Assembly (NCBI GenBank): GCA_965221775.1 | Contig: CBDCSU010000006.1 | Coordinates: 2,144,001-2,208,000 of the forward strand | Direction of reading: 5' to 3' | Origin: Candidatus Latescibacterota bacterium | GTDB lineage: Bacteria; Latescibacterota; UBA2968; UBA8231 | Length of the DNA stretch: 64,000 nt | In this document: positions 55,037 to 64,000 of the stretch, piece after piece | How the letters are laid out: each line of letters opens with the position of its first letter | Numbering within the stretch: position 1 is the stretch's first letter | Made by a program: the position numbers and the translations under genes | The notes under the pieces: model-generated | The model's database searches: none | What the model saw: only the letters and a program-made list of their open reading frames with translations | Told to the model about the DNA's origin: nothing

Positions 55037-58000
55037 TCAACCCGGAGACATGTCGCCCGGCGTTTCGATCCAGTGGCTCCGCCGCTGGAAGGGGTACCCC
55101 GGCAACGCGACCCGGCGCCGCGCCTCCCCCGCGAACAGACCTGCAAAGGAAACGGCGAGCCCCGCCTCGTAGGCAGCCGCCACGGCTCTTGCGAAGGCGT
55201 CGTCCCCCGGCCGGTGCCGGGTCAGGCTCGAGAGCACGGCCGGCGCCGGGGTGCCTTCCGCGGACTCCGGCCACGCCGGAGGCACCATCGGCGCCAGCAC
55301 CGCATCGGGGCCGATCTCCACGACCACCTGCACGCCCAGCTCGGCCAGCGTCTCCACGCATCGGTCGAAGGCCGCCTGCTCAAGCGCCTGCCGGTGCCAG
55401 TACGCCCCGTCGGGGGGGGCGCCCGCCTCCATCACTCGGCCGGTGGCGCTGCTCACCAGGGGGAGGGAGGGCGGCGCCACCGCGGCGCTATCAGGGCCGT
55501 CCGGATCCCCGTCGCCCCGTGCCGCCGCAAACCGCAACCCTTCCTCGAGACTGAAGACGCCGGCAGCCTGTGCCGCGGCCAGCTCTCCGAGGCCCGGCCC
55601 GACCACCGCGCCGGGACGAATCCCGACGCTCGACCACAGCGCCGTGAGGGCGCACTGCAGCGAGTACAGGGCCGCCGGGGTCCACGCGGGGTCGTCCAAC
55701 GCTCCGTCCGAACCGGCCCGGCCGAACATCACGTCGAGCAGGGAAGCGCCACCGCCGCGCTCTTCCCGCAGCACGGCGTCGCAGCGGTCGAGCACCCCGC
55801 GGACCACCGGCTCGCTCTCGTACAGCTCCAGGCCCATGCCGGCCCACTGGCTGCCCTCGCCGGTAAAGGCGAAGGCCACCCGGGTCGTGGCCGTCGACTC
55901 CGGACGTCCCTCCCCCTCCTCCAGGCTCCGGAGGCCGCTGCGCAGCGACGCGGCATCGCCGAAGACCACGCCGGTCCGGTGGTCGAAATGGCTCCGCCCC
56001 ACGCCGGCGGTCCACGCCATGTCGGCCAGCAGGGCCTCGCCGGTCGCTTCGGACGAGAGCTCGGCGCTGCGCTCGTCGAGCCAGGCCAGGTACCCCCGGG
56101 CCAGCTCCCGAAGGGCGCCGTCCTCCTTGCCCGACAGCGGCAGCAGCCGCATCCGGCGCCGCCCTGATCCCGGCTCCGGCAGCGGCAGATCCGCCAGCGG
56201 CCCGGGCATGGACACGGTGACGGGTTGCGCCGGGCCGGCCGGCAGGGGATCCTCGGCTGCTTCGCGGCCTTCCACCACGACGTGGGCGTTCGTCCCCGAT
56301 ACCCCGAAGGCGCTGACCGCGGCCCAGCGCGGCCGGTCGGGACGAAGAGGCCAGTCCGTCGCCTCCGAAGTCACCCGCACGGGGAGCCGCTCCCAGTCAA
56401 GGTGCGGGTTCGGGTCATGGAAGTGCAGCTGCCTCGGGATCCGCCCCCGTCTCATGGCCAGCACCGTCTTGATCAGCCCCGCGACACCGGCGGCCGTCTC
56501 CAGGTGGCCGATGTTGGTCTTCACCGAGCCGATCAGCAGGGGTCGGTCCTCCTCGCGTCCCCGGCCGTAGACCGCCGAGGCGGCCTGCACCTCGATCGGG
56601 TCGCCCAGCGCGGACCCGGCGCCGTGGGCCTCCAGGTAGTCCACTTCGGCGGGCGGGACTCCCGCCCGCGACAGCGCCTGCTCGATCACCCGTTCCTGGG
56701 CCGGACCGTTCGGCACCGTCGGGCCCGCGGTGGCCCCGTTCTGGTTGACCGCCGACCCGCGGATCACCCCCCAGATGCGGTCGCCGGCGGCCTCGGCATC
56801 CCCCAGCCGCTTGAGGACGACCATCCCGCAGCCTTCACCGCGGACGAAGCCGTCGGCGGCGGCATCGAAGCTCTTGCACCGGCCCTCGGGCGACAGCATC
56901 CCCAGCTCCGCCATCTCCCGGGTCAGCCCGGGGGACAGGACCGCGTTCACCCCCCCGACCAGGGCGAGGTCCACCTCCCCCTGCCCCAGGCCCGTCACCG
57001 CCTGGTGCACGGCGACCAGCGAGGAAGCGCAGTTCAGCTCCACCGGCATCGTCGGCCCCTCCAGACCCAGGACGAAGGAGATCCGCCCGACGGTCATGCT
57101 CCCCGAGGTGCCCAGGTAGCTGATGTCGCCCTCTCCGGCGGCCATCAGGTCGCGGTACTCGCTGGCGGCGATACCGGCATAGACCCCGGTGAGGCTGCCT
57201 CTCAATCCGTCGGCATCGATACCCGCATCCTCAAGAGCCTGCCAGCTCGTCTCCAGGAGCAGCCGCTGTTGCGGGTCCATGCCCCGCGCCTCGACCGGCA
57301 CGATCCGGAAGAACCTCGCATCGAACTCGTCGATCCCTTCGAGGAACCCGCCCTGCCGGTAGGGGGTGAAATCACCGGAGAGTTCCGGGGCGCTCCGGGA
57401 ACTCGAACTCCAGCGGTTGTCGGTCACCGCGTCCGCCCCGGCTTCGAGCTGACGCCAGAATGCGGCGAGGTCCGGAGCACCGGGGAACCGGCAGGCCATG
57501 CCGACGATGGCGATGCCGTCGCCCTCGCGCTGCACCGCGGGGGGCTGCTCCTGCGGCTCCGGCTGCGCCTGCACGGCCGGGGCGCCGCTGACATCGCCGA
57601 GCTCACCGGCCAGGTGACGGGCGAGGGCGGCGATGTCCGGGTAGTCGAAGACCACGGTGTTCGGTGCCGCGTACTCCCCGGCGAAGGCGCGGTTCAGCCG
57701 GTTGCGCAGCTCCACCGCCATGAGCGAGTCGATCCCCAGATCGAAGAAGCCCACCGCGGGCTCGGGCGACGTGGGCAGCCTCAGCACCGCCTGGACCTCC
57801 TGCTGCAGGAAGGAGACGAGCAGATCTTCGCGCGCCTCCGCGGGCGCGGCCCCCAGTTGGGAGAGCAGGTCTTCGGAGGTGCCTTGTGAGTCCTCCGAGG
57901 CATCCTCGTCTGCCGGCAGCAGGTCATCGAACAGGGACGGGCGGCCCTCGAGGGCCTCTCCGAAGACGGACCAGTCCGCCGCCAGGACGACCGAGGTCGC

Positions 58001-61000
58001 GGGATCCTCGCGCAACAGCCGGTCGAGCACGCCGAGGCCCTGCTCCGGGCTGAACCAGCCGGTTCCGGCGGCCTCCCGCCGCCGGGCGATCCGCTCGCGC
58101 TGCTCCTCGGCCTCGCCGAGGCCGGACCATGCTCCCCAGGCGATGGCCTGTCCGGGAAGCCCCAGGGCGCGCCGGTGGGCGGCGAGCTGATCGAGGAAGG
58201 CATTGGCCGCCGCGTGGTTCGCCTGGCCCGGGTTGCCCAGGATCCCGGCGACGCTCGAGAACAGGACGAAGAGGTCGAGGTCGCTGTCGGCGGTCGCCCG
58301 GTGCAGGTGCCAGGCGCCGAGGACCTTCGGCCAGAGAACCTGCTCGATCCGCTCCCAGGTCTGGTTCGCCAGGGAAGCATCCGCCAGCACGCCGACGCTG
58401 TGGATCACGCCGCCCAGGGGCGGCAGGTCCCCCTTGATCCGCTCGAGCATTGCGTCCACCGCGCCGGCATCCGTCACATCGGCGAGTTCCACCCGCACCG
58501 TGACCCCGCGCTCCTGGAGCGCGGCGATCGTCTCCTCGGCCTCCGCGTCCGGGGCCCGCCGGCCGTTCAACACGATCGCCCCCGCGCCCCGCTCCGCCAG
58601 CCAGCCGGCCAGGGCGCATCCGATCCCGCCCAGGCCGCCGGTCACCAGGTAGGTCCGGTCCGGCCGCAGCCGCCCCTCCGCCAAGGGCGGTGCGGTGAGC
58701 ACGATTTTGCCGATGTGCCGGGCGTCGCGCATGAACTCCATGGCGGCTCCCGCCTCGGCCAGGGGCCACCTGCAGTGGATGAGGGGCTCCAACTCTCCCG
58801 CCCCAAGTTGCTCCATCAGCTTCCGGAGCGCCGCTCCCGGCCGCGCCGGGTCCTGTTCCTTCAGCACATCCATCTCCAGGATGGAGTAGCCCACGTCCGG
58901 CCGGGCGGCCGCCATCTCCTCCTCGCTCAGGATGTCGCGCCGGGCCAGCTCCACGAATCGGCCCCCCTGCCTGAGGCAGGAGAGACTCGCCTCGATGAAG
59001 CCCTCTCCCGTGAGGCTGTTGAGCACCACGTCCACGCCGGCGCCGTCCGTGGCTTCGAGGATCTCCCGGCCGAAGTCCGTCGAGCGGCTGTCGAAGATGT
59101 GCTTCACCCCGAGGGATCGGAGATACGCCTGCTTGGGGGCGCTCGCGGTGGCGAAGACCTCCGCCCCGGCGGCCTGCGCCAGCTGGACGGCGGCGAGCCC
59201 GACGCCGCCGGCGGCGGCGTGGATGAGCACCCCCTCGCCGGCCTTCAGTCCCGCAAGATCGAAGGAGAGGGCGGAAGTCACGAAGACGGTGGGAATCGTG
59301 GCGAGGGCGGCCACCGGGATCCCGGCGGGCGCGGGCGCCACCAGTTCCTCCCTCGTCACCACTTCCGGTCCGAAGGTGCCGAAAGCCAGGCCGACGACAC
59401 GGTCGCCCACGGAGACGGTGGAGGTCTCGGAGCCGACCTCGACGATGCGGCCGCACATCTCCTCGCCCATCAGGCCTTCACCGACCAGGCCCATGGCGCG
59501 GAAGACGTCGAGGAAGTTGAGCCCGCGGGCCTCGACGGCGACGCGGACCTGCCGCGGCTCCAGGGAACGCGCCGGCAGCGGCTTGACCTCAAGCTCTCCG
59601 ACCACGCCGCCGGGTCCCGGCGCCAGCAGCCAGTCCGAACCCTCCGGCAGGGCGAGGGGCGGCGAGGCCCGAACCAGGCGGGCCAGGCGGCGGCGCCCGG
59701 CCCGGTACGCGACCTGGGTCTCGGAGTCGGGGAAGAGCAGTTCCTCCGACAAGTCAGCGGGCAACTCCGGCGCCTCCGGGTCGAGATCGAGCATCTTCGG
59801 ATTGACCTGCCCCGCTTCCCTGGCCACCACTCTGCCGAAGCCCCACAGCGTCGCACCGGCGAGCTGCCCCGCGCGCTCCCGCTCCAGAACCTGTGCCCCC
59901 CGGGTGACGAACCACACGCCCTTCTCGGGGGTCAGATCGGCATCGATCACGCCCTGCGTCAGCGCCAGAGCGGTCGCCGCCGCTCGCCGGGCATCCTCCC
60001 CCATCTCCTCCGTGGACGCCCCCGCCCCGTGACCGTCCAGGGCCGCGAGATGCACGATACCGCCGAGCGGCAGGTCACCCGGAAGCTCCTCCAGAAGGGA
60101 GCGCCAGGACTCGCGCCGGTCGATCTCCACGGCTCTTCTGACGACACCGTTCGCGCCGGGCGCGGATCCTGCGTTCCCCGGCGATTCCCCGCCGGCCAGC
60201 ACGACCGTCTGGTTGCGCGCCGCCAGCTGATGCGCCAAGGCCTCCGCCGCGCCGCCCCGGTCCTGTGCCAGAACCCATGCGGCCGGCGGCAGGACCACCT
60301 CCACCGGTCCCTGGGCCACGATCACGCCCCGGTCGGGCAGCCCGGCCGACTCGGACTCGTCCACCCCCAGGATCTGCACGTCGCCGAAACCCGTGTCGGC
60401 GAGGGCTTGGCGCCACACGTCGGGGCCCGCCAGGGCGTGGTCCGAGCGGTAGCGGTCGGCGAATCGCCACCAGCCGTCGAGCTGGCCGAAGATCAGGTCC
60501 ATCCAGCCTCTGCCGCGCTGGTTCTCCAGGGCCACGAGCTGGCCCGCCGGCGCCAGCAGCTCCCGGCAGTGCATCAGCGTCTCGTCGAGATACTGCGTCG
60601 CGTGCAGCACGTTGGCGGCGATCAGCAGGTCATACGCGTGGGACTCGAAGCCCTGGGCCGCCGGCTCCTTCTCGATATCCAGGACGCGGTACTCGATCGG
60701 CGTGTCCACCTGGCTGAAACGGGCCTCCGCGTCGGCGAAGAACCCCGCGGAGATGTCGGTGTAGGTGTAGTCGAACCGCCCCGCCGGAAGCCCGGGCAGG
60801 ACGCACTCGGTGGCCGACCCGATGCCGGCGCCGACCTCCAGCACCCTGAGCCGCCGTCCCTCCGGCAGCCCGGCGGCGATGGTCTGCACCACCTCTCCAA
60901 GCATCCGGTTGGCGGCTTTCCACACCGGCGCCCTGCGGTAGAGGTCGGCAGCCTGCGGTTCGGCGTCGCCGAAGAGCAGCGACAGGGGGTCCTCACGGCC

Positions 61001-64000
61001 GCGCAGCACCTCCGCCAGCGCCCCGGCGCATCGCCGGATGAGCCCGACCTCGTTCGTGCCGTGGGAGTAGCGTCCGCTCATGCTGGCGGCATGCTCGTCG
61101 GGATCTCCCGGCATTCCTTCCGGCAACGGGTCTTGCGCCCCGACGGCCACCACGGAGCCCTCGCCCGCCGCCTCCACCACGCCCGACCTGGCCAGGATCT
61201 CGAGGATCCGGCGGAACAGCTGCGAGTGGTCCGGCAAGACCTCCAGGTCCTGGCGCAAGCCCTCGGGGTCCACGGCGGCGCCCGTCGTGCGCTGCCAACC
61301 CAGCTTTTCCAGGGTCGAGAGCGCATACGACCACGACAACCGCTCCAGGTCGGCTTGCAGGGCGGCCTCCTCCTCGACGCCGACTCCTTCGGCGGCCAGG
61401 TACCGGGAGAATGGCTCCGAGCGGGGGGCTACGCTCGACGGGCCCGGGAGGAAGTCGGCGGACGGCATTCCCGGCGAGAGGACGCCGTCCCGCCAGACCA
61501 CTTCGTACAGGAGCTCGTCCAGCCCTTCCACGACGGAGAGCAGCGCCTCCCGGGTGGCACGTTTCACCGTGTATCCATCCAGACCGCCCAGCAGGTTTCC
61601 GCCCGGGTCGTAGATCCGCAGGTCCCCGGTCAGGACCTCCGGCGGCTCGGACTCCGCCTCCGGCGACGGGGTCCAGTCTCCGGACATGCGCGCATGACAG
61701 ACGATCCGCTCCGGGAGGGCTCCCTCGATCCACAGCCGTTCCCAGCCGAAGGGCAGATAGGTGACCCCTTCCAGGCTCCCCGCCTGGTCGCGCGCCGCGG
61801 CCATGACCTGGAAGCAGCCGTCGAGCAGGAGCGGATGGGCCTCGATGCCGCCGGGGTCGACACCGGCCGGAAGAGCGACCTCACCAAGGGCCTCGCCCGC
61901 CCCGGACCAGACCGCTTCGAGCGTGCGGAACGACGGACCGTGGACGATCCCGACCCCGGCCTTGGCGCGGTAGATGGCGGCCACGTCGCGCGGCGCCAGA
62001 CCGGTCTTGAGGCCCTCCAGGTCGGGCCGCTCCTCGGTCGGAGGCCCGCCGGCGTCGGGAGACACCCGGCCCTCGGCGTGCAGTGTCCATTCGTCTCCGG
62101 AATCCCCCCTGCTGAGGATCCGGATGCGGCGCTCCTCGCCGGACCCGTCGAGCAGGATCTGCACTCTGCGGCCCGGGTCGCCGGACCCGTCGCCACCCTC
62201 CTCCTCGGGGAAGACCAGCGGGTTGTGGAGCTGCACGTCCTCCACCGCGTCCCGTCCGCTGCCCTCCGCGACGGAAGCCGATACCGCCATGGCCCCGTAG
62301 AGCGCCCCCGGCGCCAGGAGCCGGCCGAAGACCCGGTGGTCCTCCAGCCAGGCCGGGTCCGAGGGAAAGAGCTCCGTATCGAAGGCGACCTCCCCGTCGG
62401 CGGACTCGTGGCGGCTGTCGAGCAGCGGGTGTCCGGCCGCCGGGCGCTGGCGCCGCGGCGCCTCGACCCAGTGGCTCTGAAGCTGGAACGGGTACCCCGG
62501 CAGCGAGATCCGGCGCCGCTCCTCGCCGGCGAAGAGGCCGGCCAGGGAGACCGGGAGACCCGCCTCCCAGGCTTTGGCGACCGCCGCAAGAAACGCCCGG
62601 TCGGCTTCTTCCTGCGACACCCTGGACGAGGGGCGCAGCATGCTCGACAGGGCCGCCGGAGGCCCGCTGCCACCGGTCCCGTCCGGCCACGTCAGGGTCG
62701 CCATCGAGCCGAGCACCGCGTGGGGACCGATCTCGACGATCAGGTCGACGCCGAGGGAGGCCAGCGTCTCGATGCTCGGGGCGAAGGCAACCGGCTCCCG
62801 CGTGTGCCGGCGCCAGTAGGCCCCGTCCAGCCGCTCTCCGGATTCCAGCACCCGGCCCGTCACGTTGCTCACCAGCGGGAGCGACGGCGGAGCCATCTCC
62901 AGGCCGGAGGCGACGGCCCCCAGCTCGTCGAGCATCGGCTCGACCAGCGGACTGTGGAAGGCGTTGCGGGTGTGCAGGCGGTTGACGCGGATCTCCTCGG
63001 CGAGGAAGCGCTCCGAGAGGGCGGCCACGTCCTCCTCGGGGCCGCTGACGACCTGGTGCGCGCCGTTGTAGGCCGCAATGCTCAGGCCCACCCCGGCGGC
63101 CTCGGCGTTGTGCTCATCGATCGCCGCTTTCACCTGCGGCGCGTCCGCGAAGACCGCGGCCATGGCCCCGGCCGGGAGCCGGGAGGTCAGCTCACCCCTC
63201 GCCGCGACGAACCGCAGTCCCTCCTCGAGGCCGAAGACCCCGGCGGCCTGGGCCGCGGCGAACTCCCCGAGGCTGTGTCCCAGAACCACGCCGGGGCGGA
63301 TCCCCAGGCTCGCCCAGAGGGCGGTGAGGGCGCACTCCAGGGCATAGATCGCCGGCTGCGTCCACTCCTGGTCGGAGAGGTCCGCCGGCGGCCCGGCCCG
63401 GTCGAACATCACGTCGAGCAACGAGGTGCCGCGGTCCTGCCGCAGCACGGCGTCGCAGCGGTCCAGCACCGCCCGCGCCACCGGCTCGCCGCGGTACAGC
63501 TTCTCGCCCATGCCGGGCCAGTGGCTGCCCTGGCCGGTGAACACGAAGGCCACCTTGGAGGGCTCCGGGGGGGCCGGGCCCGCCCCCGACGCGGCCAGCG
63601 CGCTCAAGCCGTCGCGCAGGGACTCGACATCATCGAAGACGACACCGGCCCGGTGCGCGAAGTGTCCGCGGCCGATGGCGGCGGTCCAGGCCATGTCGGC
63701 GAGCACCGTGTCCGCGGCACTCCGTGAAGAGAGCTCCCCGGCGCGCTCGTCGAGCCACGACAGGTACTGCCCGGCCAGGTCCCCGAGGGCCTGATCCGAT
63801 CTTCCCGACAGCGGCAGGAAGCGGGTCTCCCGCGCAGCGGGCTCTGCCTCGGCCGCCGGACGGCCGTCGAGCGCCTCGGGAAGGGAGACCGCAACCCGCA
63901 GGCCGGGACCGGCGGGTGAGTGCAACTCACCGCTGGCGGCGGCATCGCCATCCGGGGTCCCGTACCCCTCCAGCACGACGTGGGCGTTCGTCCCCGACCA
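55037..64000 (-). CDS. Type I PKS, SupA-like ([KS]-AT-DH-MT-ER-KR-ACP-KS-AT0), 5' end outside the window
   Basis: KS1 end WSGTNAHVVLE; AT GHSLG/NAFHS; DH HRVFGRLLAP; MT VLEVGAGIG; ER LIHAAAGGVG; KR TGGLGGIG; ACP LGIDSL; KS2 ELNCASS/EAHGAG/NIGHLE; AT2 GPGLG. Confidence 0.92.
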   Translation of the reverse strand, partial: WSGTNAHVVLEGYGTPDGDAAASGELHSPAGPGLRVAVSLPEALDGRPAAEAEPAARETRFLPLSGRSDQALGDLAGQYLSWLDERAGELSSRSAADTVLADMAWTAAIGRGHFAHRAGVVFDDVESLRDGLSALAASGAGPAPPEPSKVAFVFTGQGSHWPGMGEKLYRGEPVARAVLDRCDAVLRQDRGTSLLDVMFDRAGPPADLSDQEWTQPAIYALECALTALWASLGIRPGVVLGHSLGEFAAAQAAGVFGLEEGLRFVAARGELTSRLPAGAMAAVFADAPQVKAAIDEHNAEAAGVGLSIAAYNGAHQVVSGPEEDVAALSERFLAEEIRVNRLHTRNAFHSPLVEPMLDELGAVASGLEMAPPSLPLVSNVTGRVLESGERLDGAYWRRHTREPVAFAPSIETLASLGVDLIVEIGPHAVLGSMATLTWPDGTGGSGPPAALSSMLRPSSRVSQEEADRAFLAAVAKAWEAGLPVSLAGLFAGEERRRISLPGYPFQLQSHWVEAPRRQRPAAGHPLLDSRHESADGEVAFDTELFPSDPAWLEDHRVFGRLLAPGALYGAMAVSASVAEGSGRDAVEDVQLHNPLVFPEEEGGDGSGDPGRRVQILLDGSGEERRIRILSRGDSGDEWTLHAEGRVSPDAGGPPTEERPDLEGLKTGLAPRDVAAIYRAKAGVGIVHGPSFRTLEAVWSGAGEALGEVALPAGVDPGGIEAHPLLLDGCFQVMAAARDQAGSLEGVTYLPFGWERLWIEGALPERIVCHARMSGDWTPSPEAESEPPEVLTGDLRIYDPGGNLLGGLDGYTVKRATREALLSVVEGLDELLYEVVWRDGVLSPGMPSADFLPGPSSVAPRSEPFSRYLAAEGVGVEEEAALQADLERLSWSYALSTLEKLGWQRTTGAAVDPEGLRQDLEVLPDHSQLFRRILEILARSGVVEAAGEGSVVAVGAQDPLPEGMPGDPDEHAASMSGRYSHGTNEVGLIRRCAGALAEVLRGREDPLSLLFGDAEPQAADLYRRAPVWKAANRMLGEVVQTIAAGLPEGRRLRVLEVGAGIGSATECVLPGLPAGRFDYTYTDISAGFFADAEARFSQVDTPIEYRVLDIEKEPAAQGFESHAYDLLIAANVLHATQYLDETLMHCRELLAPAGQLVALENQRGRGWMDLIFGQLDGWWRFADRYRSDHALAGPDVWRQALADTGFGDVQILGVDESESAGLPDRGVIVAQGPVEVVLPPAAWVLAQDRGGAAEALAHQLAARNQTVVLAGGESPGNAGSAPGANGVVRRAVEIDRRESWRSLLEELPGDLPLGGIVHLAALDGHGAGASTEEMGEDARRAAATALALTQGVIDADLTPEKGVWFVTRGAQVLERERAGQLAGATLWGFGRVVAREAGQVNPKMLDLDPEAPELPADLSEELLFPDSETQVAYRAGRRRLARLVRASPPLALPEGSDWLLAPGPGGVVGELEVKPLPARSLEPRQVRVAVEARGLNFLDVFRAMGLVGEGLMGEEMCGRIVEVGSETSTVSVGDRVVGLAFGTFGPEVVTREELVAPAPAGIPVAALATIPTVFVTSALSFDLAGLKAGEGVLIHAAAGGVGLAAVQLAQAAGAEVFATASAPKQAYLRSLGVKHIFDSRSTDFGREILEATDGAGVDVVLNSLTGEGFIEASLSCLRQGGRFVELARRDILSEEEMAAARPDVGYSILEMDVLKEQDPARPGAALRKLMEQLGAGELEPLIHCRWPLAEAGAAMEFMRDARHIGKIVLTAPPLAEGRLRPDRTYLVTGGLGGIGCALAGWLAERGAGAIVLNGRRAPDAEAEETIAALQERGVTVRVELADVTDAGAVDAMLERIKGDLPPLGGVIHSVGVLADASLANQTWERIEQVLWPKVLGAWHLHRATADSDLDLFVLFSSVAGILGNPGQANHAAANAFLDQLAAHRRALGLPGQAIAWGAWSGLGEAEEQRERIARRREAAGTGWFSPEQGLGVLDRLLREDPATSVVLAADWSVFGEALEGRPSLFDDLLPADEDASEDSQGTSEDLLSQLGAAPAEAREDLLVSFLQQEVQAVLRLPTSPEPAVGFFDLGIDSLMAVELRNRLNRAFAGEYAAPNTVVFDYPDIAALARHLAGELGDVSGAPAVQAQPEPQEQPPAVQREGDGIAIVGMACRFPGAPDLAAFWRQLEAGADAVTDNRWSSSSRSAPELSGDFTPYRQGGFLEGIDEFDARFFRIVPVEARGMDPQQRLLLETSWQALEDAGIDADGLRGSLTGVYAGIAASEYRDLMAAGEGDISYLGTSGSMTVGRISFVLGLEGPTMPVELNCASSLVAVHQAVTGLGQGEVDLALVGGVNAVLSPGLTREMAELGMLSPEGRCKSFDAAADGFVRGEGCGMVVLKRLGDAEAAGDRIWGVIRGSAVNQNGATAGPTVPNGPAQERVIEQALSRAGVPPAEVDYLEAHGAGSALGDPIEVQAASAVYGRGREEDRPLLIGSVKTNIGHLETAAGVAGLIKTVLAMRRGRIPRQLHFHDPNPHLDWERLPVRVTSEATDWPLRPDRPRWAAVSAFGVSGTNAHVVVEGREAAEDPLPAGPAQPVTVSMPGPLADLPLPEPGSGRRRMRLLPLSGKEDGALRELARGYLAWLDERSAELSSEATGEALLADMAWTAGVGRSHFDHRTGVVFGDAASLRSGLRSLEEGEGRPESTATTRVAFAFTGEGSQWAGMGLELYESEPVVRGVLDRCDAVLREERGGGASLLDVMFGRAGSDGALDDPAWTPAALYSLQCALTALWSSVGIRPGAVVGPGLGELAAAQAAGVFSLEEGLRFAAARGDGDPDGPDSAAVAPPSLPLVSSATGRVMEAGAPPDGAYWHRQALEQAAFDRCVETLAELGVQVVVEIGPDAVLAPMVPPAWPESAEGTPAPAVLSSLTRHRPGDDAFARAVAAAYEAGLAVSFAGLFAGEARRRVALPGYPFQRRSHWIETPGDMSPG

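Noticed and set aside
58175-63727. 1850-aa plus-strand ORF
   Set aside because: Antisense shadow of the PKS; no recognisable domains

Overview
High-GC bacterial window, most likely from a marine-sponge symbiont of the FCB group (Latescibacterota/Gemmatimonadota-like). This is an inference from the sup-type PKS cluster, sulfatase, PhyH protein, TonB receptors and relic C-terminal sorting tails. From left to right: (1) 1-16.3 kb, a minus-strand operon with a sigma54-type promoter, six tandem ~780-810 aa duplicated MacB/FtsX-type ABC permeases, one ATPase and a seventh partial permease. The permeases have a conserved framework, hypervariable extracytoplasmic loops, one chimeric copy and a repeated junction hairpin/RBS. 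(2) 16.4-37.7 kb, mixed metabolism and repair genes: NAD epimerase, sulfatase, EndoQ-UvrD fusion, DMT, cyclophilin, divergent transketolase, MBL-cupin fusion, a type II TA pair flanked by relics of secreted-protein tails, two paralogous unknown oxidoreductase-like proteins, aldehyde dehydrogenase, PhyH-HEAT, Smr, GH4 and NYN-CSD. (3) 37.9-53 kb, two TonB-dependent receptors divergent from a co-oriented cluster of anti-sigma kinase, STAS, Amt (no glnK), CP-ATP-grasp, alpha-E, transglutaminase, a membrane protein, an orphan binding lipoprotein and an NCS2 permease fused to a degenerate anti-sigma kinase domain. (4) 53-64 kb, a sup-type PKS cluster (hydrolase, PPTase, ACP, SupA-like PKS running off the window). 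I saw no rRNA, tRNA, CRISPR array or transposase. All calls come from reading motifs by eye; no database search was run.
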